Shown: piece by piece, positions 12,654 to 24,113 of the stretch
How the letters are laid out: each line of letters starts with the position of its first letter
Position numbering within the stretch: the stretch's first letter is position 1
Assembly: GCA_963799485.1 (NCBI GenBank)
Contig: CAWCXJ010000007.1
Coordinates: 32,001 to 96,000, forward strand
DNA from: an uncultured Trueperaceae bacterium
GTDB taxonomy: Bacteria > Deinococcota > Deinococci > Deinococcales > Trueperaceae
DNA length: 64,000 bases
Direction of reading: 5' to 3'
Made by a program: the position numbers and the translations under genes
The notes under the pieces: generated by a model
The model's input: the letters and a program-made list of their open reading frames with translations, nothing else
The model's database searches: none
What the model was told of the DNA's origin: nothing

Positions 12654-12706
12654 AAAACTGAGATGCCTTTCACGCAGTCTTAGCCGCGAGCCGCTATCAT
12701 AAGCGC

Positions 12707-13129
12707 ATGACCCAACATAGACGCACGTTTACGGCGCTCGCGCTGGCCCTCGCACTAGCCGCCTGCGCCCCCCGCACACAAACCCCCGAAACTCCCGCAA
12801 GGCCGCCGCAAACGACGCCTGAAACGAACAGGACACCCGGAACTCCCGGTGGCGTGGTCCTGACCGACCCGGCAGCGCTCGAGGTTGACCGCGCCGCCCG
12901 GCAAGCGTTTCACCTGATGGGTTTGGAGTATACCCGCACCGGCGCGTACAGCGTCAACGTGCTGGTGTCCGACCTCGAGCTGCCGAGCGGCGCACGTTGG
13001 GAGCTGGAGAACCTCACACCCGAAACCTACGCCCTGCGTTTTACGTCGGACAGCGTGCCGGACGTCGCGTGGCGCGTTACGCCCGAAGGCGTTACGGCGC
13101 AAGAGGTTGAAGCCAATCAGATTCTCTAG
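12707..13129 (+). CDS. Lipoprotein, unknown function
   Basis: Lipobox LAAC then Pro/Thr linker; TATCAT-N6-ATG. Confidence 0.8.
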   Translation: MTQHRRTFTALALALALAACAPRTQTPETPARPPQTTPETNRTPGTPGGVVLTDPAALEVDRAARQAFHLMGLEYTRTGAYSVNVLVSDLELPSGARWELENLTPETYALRFTSDSVPDVAWRVTPEGVTAQEVEANQIL

Positions 13130-13168
13130 CTTGCTGCACGGACTTGCGGCACGGACTTGCTGCACAGA
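13130..13168. repeat. 13-bp tandem repeat CTTGC(T/G)GCAC(G/A)GA x3
   Basis: Three copies directly after the 13129 stop. Confidence 0.9.
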
Positions 13169-13198
13169 CCCGTCGAAACAGTCCTTTAAGGAGACCTC

Positions 13199-15098
13199 GT
13201 GTCCAAACGCCCGCTTACCCGTGCTTTTTTGCTCTTTGCCTTTTTATCAGCCGCCTGGACGACAGCGCAGGGTGCGCTGCCCCTGGCACAGCTTGCCCCC
13301 GCTGAAAGTTTTCTGCTCCTCGGCTACAGTCCGTCTGAAGCGCCCGAAACCCGGTTACAAAGGGATTTAGAAACCCTCGACTTTCCCCGCGCCGGAAGGA
13401 CACTGGAAAAACTTGCCGAACTGAGCGGCGACCCCACGCTGCGCGACCTGTTAGAGGGGTACGGCGACCTTTTTCGGGGGGTTGAAGGACAGCTCGAGCG
13501 CCAGCAAAAACGGATGCGAAACCAGACCGGCGAGGGTGCAGGGTTTGCCCGGTGTTTGGAGGCCAACACCCCGGAAAACCCTGAAATGTTGGCGACACCG
13601 GAAGGCGAATACAGCGCCCTCTTGAGCGTCGGGGCGAGCAGTTACAGCCCGGTTCCGGCGGCGACGGCGCTGCTGCAAGTCACACCTGAAGCGGCAACGG
13701 AAGTTGCCGAGTTTCAAGACCTGCTGGTGCGTTGTAGCGAACAGGTCGGCCTCGAGGTCGTGCGGCTTAAAGAGGGCGAGACAACGCTGTTTGTCGTCGG
13801 CAACGGCGGCGATTTTCCGGTCGTCATCAGCCGGGTCGGGACGCTCTTTGTGGCCGGAACGAACCCCGAAGCGGTGCGCGGCGTCGTGCGGCGGGCGCAC
13901 GGCTCGGACGAACCCAACCTCGCGGGAACCGACTTTTACGGGCAAAACAGTGAGCTACTCGGCGGCCCCGGGATGAGTTTGGCGTTCAACGCTGCGGCGC
14001 TCGGGGGGACGTTGGAAAGTCTGGGCGGAAGCTTTACCGACGCGCAGACCGGGCCGCTTTTAGACAAGGCGGTCGGAGCTTTACGAACCCTCGGCTCTTA
14101 CGCCGGGACGCTCTATTTTGAAGGTCAAACGCTGACGCTCAGCTCGAGACTGGGCGTCAACCCCGAAGCCGGTGACGGCGAACTCGCCGCACTTTTACTC
14201 AACGACACACCCGCCCCGGCCCCAACGCTGGTACCGGAAGGAAGCACTGCGTTTAGCACCGCACATATCGAGCCGCAAGCCGTTTTGGATTATCTTGGAG
14301 GGTTGGGCCGAGCTTGCCGGACGCGCAACCGGCGAAAGCATTTCGCTTCAAGACCTCGCCCAGCAAGAACTCGGCCTCGACCTTGATACGGCTTTGGCTT
14401 GGCTCGGCGATGAAGTGACGAACGTGGTTTTAGAACCCGTCGGTACGGACGTGAACACGCTGCTTTACGGTCAGGCGCAGGTGACGGCGCTCCGGACGAC
14501 GGGTGAAGCGGCGACGCAGGCCGGACTTGCCGAAATCGGTGGGGCAGTTTTACGGGGGCTCGAGGCTCAAGGCTTCTCAAGCACCGAGTTTCTCGATTTT
14601 TCTGCGCAGGTCGCCAGGAGCAGCTACCGTTACGGCGACACTGACATCACCCGCTTCCGCGTCGGCCCGACCTTCGACCTCGGCACCGCATTTTTAGGCG
14701 ACACACTGCTCGTCGGAACGCCGGCGGCTGCTTTAGAAGATGTCATCGCCACCGCGCAGGGCTACCGCCGACCCATTACCGAAAATGAAAGCTTCACCGA
14801 GACCCGGACAGGTGCCCCGCAAAACGTCATCGGCCTGAGCTATCAGAACGTTGCGGATGAGCTTTACGGCCTCGCCGACCTAACGCGCGCCCTCGCCCAA
14901 CCGCTCGCGTTTGCGGCGTCGGCGTTGGTCAGTGAAACTGGCGAGACCGAAATGCCGGACTTCGCCGACCTGCTGCACGCCACCGAACTCATACCCAACT
15001 CGTTAGAGGTAGTGGGCAACCATACCGACACCCTTACGGGCTATACCTGGATAGAGGACGGCGCACGCTACTCGGAAACGCGTTTGCGGCTAAAATAA
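13199..15098 (+). CDS. Large exported hypothetical protein (DUF3352-like); +1 frameshift near 14296
   Basis: Signal peptide; ORFs 13199..14386 and 14172..15098 join as LDYLEGWAELAG; repeated LDTALAWLGDE / LLVGT..ALE pattern. Confidence 0.7.
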
Positions 15099-15115
15099 GG
15101 TTCTAAAACCACGAA

Positions 15116-15142
15116 AAAGCCGGAGCATCACACTCCGGCTTT
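15116..15142. terminator. Bidirectional terminator between convergent genes
   Basis: AAAGCCGGAG-catcaca-CTCCGGCTTT. Confidence 0.75.
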
Positions 15143-15263
15143 ACTTTTGCGTAAGACCTTGGCATTTCTAGAACAGATTGTCGCAGCTAACATCCCAGAA
15201 CGTGTGTGCTGGTCTGCAACGCTTATGCTGAGAGCGTTTATGACCAGATGATACCGGCTACGC

Positions 15264-15596
15264 TTAGTTTACAGCGGCGGCGACGTGCTTCTCGAGCCGT
15301 GCCTGGTACGCGCCCTTGGGCTGCGCCCCGACCATCGTTTCGACGGGTTCACCGTCTTTGAACAAGATGACGGTGGGAATGCTCATCACGCGGTAGCCCA
15401 TCGCGGTCTGCTGGTTGTCGTCTACGTTCAGTTTGCCGACCTTGATTTTGCCCTCGTAATCGTCTGCGAGTTGTTCAATGACCGGGCCGACCATCCGGCA
15501 AGGGCCGCACCACGGTGCCCAGAAATCCACTAGAACGAGTCCTTTGTCGGTTTCACTTTTGAAGTTGTCATCGGTAAACTCAATGGTATTTGCCAT
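15264..15596 (-). CDS. trxA: Thioredoxin
   Basis: DFWAPWCGPC, SIPT; GGAGG RBS. Confidence 0.97.
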   Translation of the reverse strand: MANTIEFTDDNFKSETDKGLVLVDFWAPWCGPCRMVGPVIEQLADDYEGKIKVGKLNVDDNQQTAMGYRVMSIPTVILFKDGEPVETMVGAQPKGAYQARLEKHVAAAVN

Positions 15597-15654
15597 ATGT
15601 TTGGCCTCCTATAGTCAATCTAGTTGAGTCTAGCGCGCGTGTATGTCTCTTGGT

Positions 15655-16798
15655 CTACACGTTTTGAGGCTGCGCCCAAATGTGAAGCTCACTCACAGTA
15701 TCACCTCTAGCAAACCGGGGCGTCGCCAAACCCAGGGCGCGGTTGCCCCCTTTTACGGCGGCCCGCACGAGCGCCAGCGGACTCACCTTGTCGCCGTGCA
15801 GCGCCCTCGCCGCCTGCACTTCGCGTTCGACGCTTAGGTCGGGGGCAGAACCCCTCGAGTCCGTCCCCAACGCAATTTCAACCCCGTGTTTGGCGTACAG
15901 TTCCCACGGAAACCGCCCGCATTCCAAAGCCTCGTTCGAGCGCGGGCAGTGCACCACCGCGCAGCCTGCTTTGGCCACAGTCTTTATATCGTCCTCAGAA
16001 ACGTTGACCATATGAACGAGGGTTGGGCGGGCGTCTAATATGCCCAACTCGGCTAGATACTGCACCGGCGTCAGACCACTCGGCCTCCACGACCCCAAAA
16101 AGGGTTTCATCAAGTCAAAAAGTGGCCCGGTGCCGCCCTGTTGCATGAGGATTTCGGCAGGACTTTCGGCAACGTGGATTTGTAGCGGCAGGTTTTCCGC
16201 CACCGCCAACCGTGCAAGTTTTTGCAGCAGCGGGCCGCTGACGGTGTGCGGCGTGTGCGGGGAGAGTCCGAGCTTGAGACCGCCTGGGCGCTCGAGCCTC
16301 CGGAACTCACGCAACAGTTCAACGGTTTCGGCGAACGCTTTGTCAGCATCGTCGGGATTCGGCGCGAAAACTTCCCAGTAAGCGACGCCTTTCGATCCGG
16401 GTGTCTGCAAAAGCCAGCGCATCGCCTCGGCTTCGGCTACGATGTCGCCGAACGCCCCGACGCCGGTAGCGGTGATTTCAGCTAGTCCCAGCTTCGCCGC
16501 CACTACCCCACGACTTACGTTATTTTTGACGACGTGCCGGATGAAGTTCTCGTAAGAACCGCTAAAGTACGGCAACTGTGACAAATCGAGGTGCATGTGC
16601 GCGTTGACCGGCGGCGGCGAAATCGCAAAGCCCTACATCTTTTACGGGCGCGTCCGGATAACTTTGGCGAGCGTCGAAGAGGCTTCCGACCATTACGATA
16701 CGCTCATCTTGTACAACGACTGCGCCGCCTTCACGGGGCGTACCAATGCCGTTATAAACGACTTCAGCAGTTAAAATCTCATGCGCCAGCGAACTCAC
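15655..16798 (-). CDS. Amidohydrolase, probable aminodeoxyfutalosine deaminase; +1 frameshift near 16631
   Basis: Corrected frame PPPVNAHMHLD; LSPHTP, QIHVAE, TLVHMV, CPRSN, LGTDS; closely resembles my recollection of the D. radiodurans DR0824 enzyme. Confidence 0.8.
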
Positions 16799-16853
16799 CC
16801 TCCAACGCTACCGGGTTCTACGCGCCGGCACAAGGTGAACATAGACGCTCAAC

Positions 16854-17504
16854 CTAACGCGCGGCCCAGAGCATTCCCCGCAGCATGATTTCTCTCGCTT
16901 CGGGTACGTCGAAATCTTTACGGATATGTCCCAATGACGAGTAAAACACCCGGCCCTTACCGTAGTAACGCTTCCACACGACCGGCATTACCGTGCCGGC
17001 AGTCCAGTGGGCGTCCCCGTATTCGCCTGAGAACGTCGTCGTCGCTAGAACTTCATTACCGGGGTCAACGTGCAGATAGTACTGCTCCGAGTTCATCTCG
17101 AAGTCGGCGAGGCCTTCGGTAATCGGGTCGGCCCAGGTGATTTCAACTTTGTAGGGGATGACGTTGCCGGGGTGCGCGACCCACTGCCCGCCGACCATAA
17201 ACTGATACTCGGTACGGTTGCGAAACGAATCCGCCATCCCGCCGTGCCACCCCGCCAGCCCGACGCCACTTTTAACCGCCTTTAAGAGTCCGGCTTCTTG
17301 TTCGTCGCTGATGTCACTCATTGTCCAAACCGGAACGATCAGGTTGAGGCTCTGCATATACGCTTCGTCGGTGTAGACGTCCAAGTCGGAGACGACTTTG
17401 ACCGCGAGGTCTTTTTGCCGTAAAAGGTCGGCAAACAGTTCGGCGCACGCTTCGGGTTCGTGTCCGTCCCAGCCACCCCAGTTGATCAGCGCAGTTTTTG
17501 TCAT
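16854..17504 (-). CDS. ThuA-like domain protein
   Basis: [33 protein letters not shown]. Confidence 0.9.
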   Translation of the reverse strand: MTKTALINWGGWDGHEPEACAELFADLLRQKDLAVKVVSDLDVYTDEAYMQSLNLIVPVWTMSDISDEQEAGLLKAVKSGVGLAGWHGGMADSFRNRTEYQFMVGGQWVAHPGNVIPYKVEITWADPITEGLADFEMNSEQYYLHVDPGNEVLATTTFSGEYGDAHWTAGTVMPVVWKRYYGKGRVFYSSLGHIRKDFDVPEAREIMLRGMLWAAR

Positions 17505-18625
17505 CTTTGCAGCGCTCCTAGCGTGTCGCCCAGATCGCCCGCCGCCACCCCTAGTGGCAACGGGGTCGGACGTTCGCAGCGGCTTTTTACGGTGAGGTGT
17601 TGGCCCTTTTCAGCAGCTTCGTGTAGCGACTGCATCACGTCCAGGACGTGCAGTGCAAGGTCGCTGTGACAACGGTGCGGCCTTTCGGCAAGCAGCGAAC
17701 ATGCAAGGTCGGCCGCGCCGATACCCCGCATGTTGTCGGTATAGCCGTTGACCAGCGGCAGCTCTTCCCACGTTTCTGCGCCCGCAAGACGTACCCGGAC
17801 GGGGCCACCAAAGGTATTCGGGTCGGGAACCTGCAAGCTGCCGTGTTCGCCGTAAAGTTCGGTGGGGTGAGCCGTATGATGCTTTACGTCGAAACTCATG
17901 ACTAGGGTGATGAGCGCGCCGCTGTGAAACTCAAGCGTTCCCGAAACGTGCGTCGGTACCTCGACCGGAATGCGTTCACCGTAACGGGGTTGGCTGGTAA
18001 TCGTGCGCTCACCACTCATCGCGGCGGCGGCGCTGACGCGGCGCACCGGCCCCAGCAGCTGTACGAGCGCGGTGAGGTAGTACGGCCCCATATCGAACAA
18101 AGGGCCGCCGCCCTTGAGATAGTAAAAGTCCGGGTTGGGGTGCCAGCGTTCGTGTCCCGGCACCATCATAAAGGCGGTTCCGGCAACGACCCGGCCCAGC
18201 TTGCCACTGTTTACGAGTTGTAAACACGTCTGGATACCGGCCCCTAAAAACGTGTCGGGGGCGCAGCTTACCCGTAAACCCAAATCTTTGGCAGCCGCGA
18301 CGACCCGTTTTCCCTCGGTTCTGTCCAGGGCCAGCGGCTTTTCCAGATGCACGTGTTTACCCGCCGCCAAAACCTGTAGCGTCACCTCGGCGTGCGCTTG
18401 CGGCACGGTCAGGTTCAAAACGATGTCGATGTCGGGTCGGGCGAGTAGGTCTTCAACGCTCAGCGCTTCAACCCCCCACGTTTTTGCGGCGCGCTCAGAC
18501 GCTTCCCTATTCACGTCGGCGCAGGCGACGAGCCCCAGCACCGGAAACAATCTCGCCGCCTTGAAATACGCCCCGCTGATGGTGCCGCAGCCGATGATGC
18601 CAATTTTTTTAGTCATGCCAGTCAT
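17501..18625 (-). CDS. Gfo/Idh/MocA family oxidoreductase
   Basis: [33 protein letters not shown]. Confidence 0.92.
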   Translation of the reverse strand: MTGMTKKIGIIGCGTISGAYFKAARLFPVLGLVACADVNREASERAAKTWGVEALSVEDLLARPDIDIVLNLTVPQAHAEVTLQVLAAGKHVHLEKPLALDRTEGKRVVAAAKDLGLRVSCAPDTFLGAGIQTCLQLVNSGKLGRVVAGTAFMMVPGHERWHPNPDFYYLKGGGPLFDMGPYYLTALVQLLGPVRRVSAAAAMSGERTITSQPRYGERIPVEVPTHVSGTLEFHSGALITLVMSFDVKHHTAHPTELYGEHGSLQVPDPNTFGGPVRVRLAGAETWEELPLVNGYTDNMRGIGAADLACSLLAERPHRCHSDLALHVLDVMQSLHEAAEKGQHLTVKSRCERPTPLPLGVAAGDLGDTLGALQR

Positions 18626-18750
18626 ACCGTTCTCCGCTTTGGGTCGTTTTTAGCTGCCTTGAGAACATCTCGAGCGCGTATAAACCCTCTTCCACGTTCC
18701 AATCTATTCTCAATTCTGCCTTCTAAATCCTTACTTCTCGCTTCCAGCAT
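18622..18750 (-). CDS. Unannotated 42-aa charged ORF inside the sugar operon
   Basis: [45 protein letters not shown] overlaps the ATG at 18625. Confidence 0.4.
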   Translation of the reverse strand: MLEARSKDLEGRIENRLERGRGFIRARDVLKAAKNDPKRRTV

Positions 18751-18786
18751 ATTGCCAACAGTTATCAGCACCTCAAAATACCCAAC

Positions 18787-19608
18787 CTACCCCTTTAGCA
18801 CCCCCGCCATCATCCCCGACACGATACGCTCTTGCCCGAAAATATAGACCAGAATCAGCGGCAACGCCGACAGGGTCAGCACCGCCATAATCGCCGGAAT
18901 ATTCATCGCGTACTGCCCCTGATACTCCCAGATGGCGAGCGGTAACGGGCGGTTTTGCGGTGAGGTAATCAGCACGAAGGCGAAAACGAACTCGTTCCAG
19001 AGGATGACGGAGTTGTAAATCGCGAGTGTGGCGAGCCCCGGCGTCGAGAGCGGCAAGATGATACGGAAAAAGCGGCCCACCGTGGTGCAACCGTCGAGGT
19101 GGGCGGCCTCCTCGAGTTCAACCGGAATCTCACGCATAAATTCGCTGAGGATAAAAATCGATACCGGCAAATTAAATGCGACGTAGGGGCCGAGCAAGGC
19201 CCAGAGCGAATCGTAAAGCCCGATCTGACGCGTAAAAAGGTAAACGGGGATGAGCGTGACGTGCAGCGGAATCACCAACCCCGCCAGCACAAAGCCGAAG
19301 AGCGGCCCGCTCAGGCGAAAGGTAAGGCGGGAAAAGACAAACGCCGCCATCGCGCTCAGGAGCAAAATCACGGCGACCGACACTGCAACGATGACGAGGC
19401 TGTTTTTGAGGTAGATAAAAAAGCCGCCGGTCGTGAGGATGTCCACGTAAGACTGAAGCGTCGGGTTTTTGGGCCACGCGAACACGCCGCCAAAAAGCTC
19501 GAACTGGCTTTTGAAACCGGTTAGCGCCATAAAGTAAAACGGCGTCGCGGCGATGACCAGCCAGATAAGCGCCAGCAGGCCGAGCGGCACCCGTTTAAGG
19601 ACGTTCAT
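18787..19608 (-). CDS. Carbohydrate ABC transporter permease (CUT1, MalG type)
   Basis: [12 protein letters not shown] loop, WNEF. Confidence 0.93.
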   Translation of the reverse strand: MNVLKRVPLGLLALIWLVIAATPFYFMALTGFKSQFELFGGVFAWPKNPTLQSYVDILTTGGFFIYLKNSLVIVAVSVAVILLLSAMAAFVFSRLTFRLSGPLFGFVLAGLVIPLHVTLIPVYLFTRQIGLYDSLWALLGPYVAFNLPVSIFILSEFMREIPVELEEAAHLDGCTTVGRFFRIILPLSTPGLATLAIYNSVILWNEFVFAFVLITSPQNRPLPLAIWEYQGQYAMNIPAIMAVLTLSALPLILVYIFGQERIVSGMMAGVLKG

Positions 19609-20546
19609 GTGTTCCTCCGGTAGTCGAGCCGCCGACTAAGGCCGAGCGCCAAGAGCGACACGAGCATCACGAAAATAAACATCGCAAACGCAACAGTGCT
19701 GCCGTAACCCACTTCAAACGACGGGAACGCTTTTTTGTACATGTAGGTTGCCATCAGCTCCGAGGCGTTGTTGGGGCCGCCTTCGGTCATCACCCACACC
19801 AGATCGAAGTATTTGAGCGACCCGATGAGCGACAAGATAATCGCCGTTCGCACCGTCCCCATCACCAGCGGCAGGGCGATGAAGCGGTAGTAGCGGGCGT
19901 CGTTGGCCCCGTCGATGCGGGCGGCATCTTTGAGTTCGCCGGGAACGGTGTTTAAGGCCGCGTAAAAGAGAATCATGTAAAAGGGGATAAATTGCCAGCA
20001 AATCACCAGAATGACAGATAGCAGCGCCCAGCGAGGCTCGCCCAACCAGCTTTGCGTCAGGTTGCCCAGACCGATATTGGTCAAGCCCTCGTTGATAAGG
20101 CCGAACGAGGGGTCGTAGATGTACTTGAATAAAATGCCCACTGCGACCGACGACATCAGCATCGGAAAAAAATAGACGGTTTTGAAAAACTTGCTGATAA
20201 AGCTGCGGCTGCGCTCGAGCATCACTGCAAGTAGCATCGCAATCGGCAGCTGAATGGCGATAGAAAGAACGACGATGGTCAGGTTGTTGCCGAGCGCCTT
20301 CCAGAACACCGCGTCCTGCACGAGCCGCGCCCAGTTCGTCAACCCGACAAAATCGCGGGTGGGGTCGATGCCGTTCCATTCATAAAGGCTGAGCTGGAGC
20401 GAATTAAAGATGGGCCAGACGACAAAAACGCCCATAAAGGCCAAGGTCGGCAGCAAAAACAACACGATGGTCAGCGTTCTCTCACTCCAGAAACGGTGTT
20501 GGCTGAGCTTCCGGGTCGGGGTCGCGGTGCTTGGGAGGGTCGTCAT
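19605..20546 (-). CDS. Carbohydrate ABC transporter permease (CUT1, MalF type)
   Basis: [21 protein letters not shown]. Confidence 0.93.
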   Translation of the reverse strand: MTTLPSTATPTRKLSQHRFWSERTLTIVLFLLPTLAFMGVFVVWPIFNSLQLSLYEWNGIDPTRDFVGLTNWARLVQDAVFWKALGNNLTIVVLSIAIQLPIAMLLAVMLERSRSFISKFFKTVYFFPMLMSSVAVGILFKYIYDPSFGLINEGLTNIGLGNLTQSWLGEPRWALLSVILVICWQFIPFYMILFYAALNTVPGELKDAARIDGANDARYYRFIALPLVMGTVRTAIILSLIGSLKYFDLVWVMTEGGPNNASELMATYMYKKAFPSFEVGYGSTVAFAMFIFVMLVSLLALGLSRRLDYRRNT

Positions 20547-20600
20547 ACGCGGCCTTTCTCGAGTTGGGGAGGACTTGCGCGCTCCCCAACTTCGCTACGT

Positions 20601-21872
20601 CTACTCGTTGTAAAAGGCGACGGCGGCGGCTTCCTGACGGCTGGCGACCTCTTCGGGGGTAAGCTCGAGGCCGAACAGCGCCTGCATCAGGTCTTTATGC
20701 GTTTCACCGAGTTCCGGCGGCAGATACTGGTCGTACCAAAGCTGCACGCTCTCCGCATTTTCGACCATCCCGACAACCTCTTGCAAAAGCGGTTCCTCGA
20801 TTTTGTCCGCGACCCCGACGACCGGCGGAATCAGCCCGTCGGCGATGCGAATATCGACGCTCTCGTCGTCGATGAGGTAGGTCAAGAGTTCAAAGGCTTC
20901 GTCGGGTGCTTCGCAGCTCGAAGAGATGTGATAGAAGTTGTCGCCGACCGTCCCCACCACGTCGCTGGGGTCGCCCGTGCCTTCCTCGAGGCTGGGAAAA
21001 GGAAAGAAACCCATGTTCTCGTAAAAGTCGGGGTTTTCGCTCTTCACCGTCGAAATCTGCCAGCTCCCCATCAGCTCCATCGCCGCGCGACCACTGTAGA
21101 GAAGCAGCCGTGACTGGCCCGTATCGTAGTCGAGGCCATTAAAGCCTTCGTTAAACGCCCCGGCTTTGACGAGTTGCTGAACGATTTCACCCGCACGGAC
21201 AAAAGGCTCGTCTTCAAAGCTGCCACCCGTCCGGTTGGCGGCGTTGGCAAACGTTTCGGGGCCACCGAGCCGGTCGACGAGGTACATGTAGTACATCGAA
21301 CTCGTCCACTTGGTTTTGTTGGCTAAAGCAAACGGCGCGATGCCGTTCTCTTTAAGCGTATCGATAACGCTGAGCAGTTCGTCGAAGGTTTCGGGCGGCG
21401 TCAGGCCCAGCTCGTCGAAGATGGCCTTGTTGTACCAGACAACCGCGACCGCCGTATTTTCTACAGGGACGCCGTAAATTTTGCCGTCGAAACTCGTATT
21501 GGTCAAAGCGGCGGGAACGAACCGGCTGACGTAATCGTCTTGTTGCATGTACTCGGTCAAGTCCAAGACCTGTCCGGCCTGAACGTACTGATAGAGCGGC
21601 CCGCCACCCCACGACATGAAGATGCAGGGTGCGTCGCCTGCACCGATAGACGTGCGAATCCGGGTTTTGTAGGGGTCGTTTTGCATCGGCAGAACGTTGA
21701 CCGTCACACCTGGGTTAGCCGCCGTAAACCGGTCTACCGCCTGCTGGATAATCTGCGGGCCGTTGCCGGTGCTCTGGATATGCCAAAAGTCGATGGTTTG
21801 CGCCGCTGCGACACCTGGCAAGACGCCCAAAACGCTTGCGACGAGAAACTTATCTAGCATTCGCTTGTTCAC
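20601..21872 (-). CDS. Sugar ABC transporter substrate-binding protein (family 1, MsmE-like)
   Basis: Signal peptide; SWGGG, DGKIYGVP, YNKAIF..LGL.PP.T.DEL. Confidence 0.92.
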   Translation of the reverse strand: MNKRMLDKFLVASVLGVLPGVAAAQTIDFWHIQSTGNGPQIIQQAVDRFTAANPGVTVNVLPMQNDPYKTRIRTSIGAGDAPCIFMSWGGGPLYQYVQAGQVLDLTEYMQQDDYVSRFVPAALTNTSFDGKIYGVPVENTAVAVVWYNKAIFDELGLTPPETFDELLSVIDTLKENGIAPFALANKTKWTSSMYYMYLVDRLGGPETFANAANRTGGSFEDEPFVRAGEIVQQLVKAGAFNEGFNGLDYDTGQSRLLLYSGRAAMELMGSWQISTVKSENPDFYENMGFFPFPSLEEGTGDPSDVVGTVGDNFYHISSSCEAPDEAFELLTYLIDDESVDIRIADGLIPPVVGVADKIEEPLLQEVVGMVENAESVQLWYDQYLPPELGETHKDLMQALFGLELTPEEVASRQEAAAVAFYNE

Positions 21873-22024
21873 AATTTACTCCCTAAGCTTGTGACAGGTT
21901 TTTTGGACGGCGATAGACGTTCTACCTCCTCTAAGCTAAATTCGTCACGAACAGCTGTAAAGCCGTAAAACGGCTGTCAAGCTGCGCTGTAACCGTACCC
22001 TCTTCTCTTGCGCGAGTTGGAGCT

Positions 22025-22054
22025 ACTTTAGCGCTTAAGTTACAATTTTGTCAA
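22025..22054 (-). promoter_or_regulatory. Sigma70 promoter with overlapping LacI-type operator
   Basis: Minus strand TTGACA-N18-TAAAGT; near-palindrome ACTTTAGCGCTTAAGT (22025-22040) over the -10. Confidence 0.65.
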
Positions 22055-22180
22055 GCTTTGTGGCCTAATTTGGACGTTGTTGCCGCAAGGAAACCCTTTT
22101 GGCTTTGTGTACACGTTCAGCACGCTAAAATGCTGAAGTTGTGTTCCTAATGACCACGGCGACCAAATGAGGGAAAAAGC

Positions 22181-23203
22181 ATGACCGTCAAACCCAACAG
22201 CATTACCCTTGCAGATGTCGGCAAACGGGTCGGCGTCTCCGGCGTGACGGTCTCGAACGTCATCAACAACCGGGGCGGCACCTCGGCGGCGACGCAGGCG
22301 AAGGTCTGGGCGGCGATTCGTGAAACCGGCTATGTGGCAAATCTGGCAGCCCGTAGTCTCGCAGGCGGTCGAACCCGCACCGTCGGGGTACTCGTTCCCG
22401 ATTTATCGACGCAGTACGCCAGCGAAATCGTGCGGGGCGTAAGTGAGGCAGTGGCAACGTCGGGCCTCGAGATGCTCGTCTCGACGACGCATGACGGGGC
22501 GCTCGAGCGCAGACAGGTCGACCTTCTCAAAGGGATCACCGACGGACTTATCTTTTTACTTCCTTATGAAAGCCAGAATGCTGGTCAAGATGACGTCCGC
22601 TCGTTCGATTTTCAGGGTCAGCCGGTCGTCGCGATTGAATACCGCCCCGGCGCACACCCGTTCCCGACGGTCAACATCGACGACTACGGGGGAACGGAGC
22701 AGGCGATACGTTATCTCATCTCACTCGGGCATCGGCGTATCGGGTTTATCGGTGGCCCTGCCGGACGCCTCGCCTCGGAAACCCGCTTAAACGCGTACCG
22801 GGACGCTTTGGCAGAAGGCGGTTTAGCCGTAGACCCGAACCTGCTCAAACGTGGCGATTTTACCCAACCGACGGGGTTTGCTGCGGCGCGGGAGCTTTTG
22901 GAGCTTACCGACCCATCCACCGCTATCTTTGCCACAAATGATTTGTCGGCGTTCGGCGTTATCGAGGCCGTCAAACATCACGGGTTGCGTATCCCTGAAG
23001 CTATTTCGGTCGTGGGTTTCGACGACGTTCCGATGGCGAGTCAGGTATTCCCGCCCCTGACAACCGTAAAAAGACCGCTCGAGCAGCTTGGCAAAACCGC
23101 CGTAAACTTGCTGTTGGCGAAATTACGGGGTGAAACCACCGAAGCTAACGTGACGCTGCCCACACATCTGGTGGTGCGCGCCACGACCCGGCAACGAAGG
23201 TGA
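22181..23203 (+). CDS. LacI family transcriptional regulator
   Basis: TLADVG..VGVS..TVS.V.N HTH; SVVGFDD, LTTV. Confidence 0.95.
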   Translation: MTVKPNSITLADVGKRVGVSGVTVSNVINNRGGTSAATQAKVWAAIRETGYVANLAARSLAGGRTRTVGVLVPDLSTQYASEIVRGVSEAVATSGLEMLVSTTHDGALERRQVDLLKGITDGLIFLLPYESQNAGQDDVRSFDFQGQPVVAIEYRPGAHPFPTVNIDDYGGTEQAIRYLISLGHRRIGFIGGPAGRLASETRLNAYRDALAEGGLAVDPNLLKRGDFTQPTGFAAARELLELTDPSTAIFATNDLSAFGVIEAVKHHGLRIPEAISVVGFDDVPMASQVFPPLTTVKRPLEQLGKTAVNLLLAKLRGETTEANVTLPTHLVVRATTRQRR

Positions 23204-23210
23204 TTCAGGT

Positions 23211-24113
23211 TTAGCGGTGCTGCGTGTAGGTTGTCGTTGTGTTCAAGGTGCGGAGGGACTCGAGTTCACCTTTGCTCAGCTCTACTTGGGCCGCACCGAC
23301 GTTTTCCTCGAGTTGACCTAAACTACTCGCTCCTGGGATGACCGTCGCTACCGCCGGATGCGACAGGGCGTAACGCAGCGCGAGCTGCGCCGTGCTGCGT
23401 TCAGGCGTGACTAAATCCTGCAAGGCTTCACGCGCATTTTCCAGCACTTCGGGCGTATGGTCTAAAAATCCTTTTGACACTTTGGCTTCACCCGACGCGC
23501 TCAAAATACCCTTCGCCACCGGCCCTCGCACAATCACGCCGACACCGTTTTGCTCGAGTAAATCCAGTGCCGACTCTTCCGGGCGGCGGTCTAAGAGGCC
23601 GTACTGCATCATCACACTCGCCATGTTCGACTTTTTGACCCACTCCCGGATGACGTTGGGCCGAATCGACGAAATCCCGTAAGCGCGAATCAGCCCCTGC
23701 GCCTTCAGACCTTCAAACGTTTCAATCACACTGTCAATGTCGTCCAAAGTGCCGCCGTGAAGCTGGTACAAATCAAGATAATCGGTTTGCAACCGTTTCA
23801 AGCTCGCTTCGATAGCCTGCCGGATATACGCCGGCGACGCGTCCCAATCCCAGCTTGTACCGTCTTCTCGCCAGCGGTTGCCCACCTTGCTGGCGATGAC
23901 GACCTGCTCACGCATTCCCGTAAACGCTCTTCCGACGCTCTCCTCGTTAAAACCCCTGTCGTAAAGGTCGGCGGTGTCGAAAAAGGTGACGCCCAGCTCG
24001 AGTGCTCGGTGCAAAAGCTTGATGTTTCCGGTATGGTCTTGACCCAGAGACATGCAGCCGTAGCCGATTTCGCTGACCTGCACGTTACTTTGACCCAGCT
24101 GCTTGTATTTCAC
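23211..24113 (-). CDS. Aldo/keto reductase
   Basis: FFDTADLY, SLKRLQTDYLDLYQLH, IPGASS..QLEEN. Confidence 0.95.
   Translation of the reverse strand: MKYKQLGQSNVQVSEIGYGCMSLGQDHTGNIKLLHRALELGVTFFDTADLYDRGFNEESVGRAFTGMREQVVIASKVGNRWREDGTSWDWDASPAYIRQAIEASLKRLQTDYLDLYQLHGGTLDDIDSVIETFEGLKAQGLIRAYGISSIRPNVIREWVKKSNMASVMMQYGLLDRRPEESALDLLEQNGVGVIVRGPVAKGILSASGEAKVSKGFLDHTPEVLENAREALQDLVTPERSTAQLALRYALSHPAVATVIPGASSLGQLEENVGAAQVELSKGELESLRTLNTTTTYTQHR

Noticed and set aside
15611..15633. HspR/HAIR-like site upstream of trxA
   Set aside because: Only one TTGAGT half-site; the inverted partner is missing.
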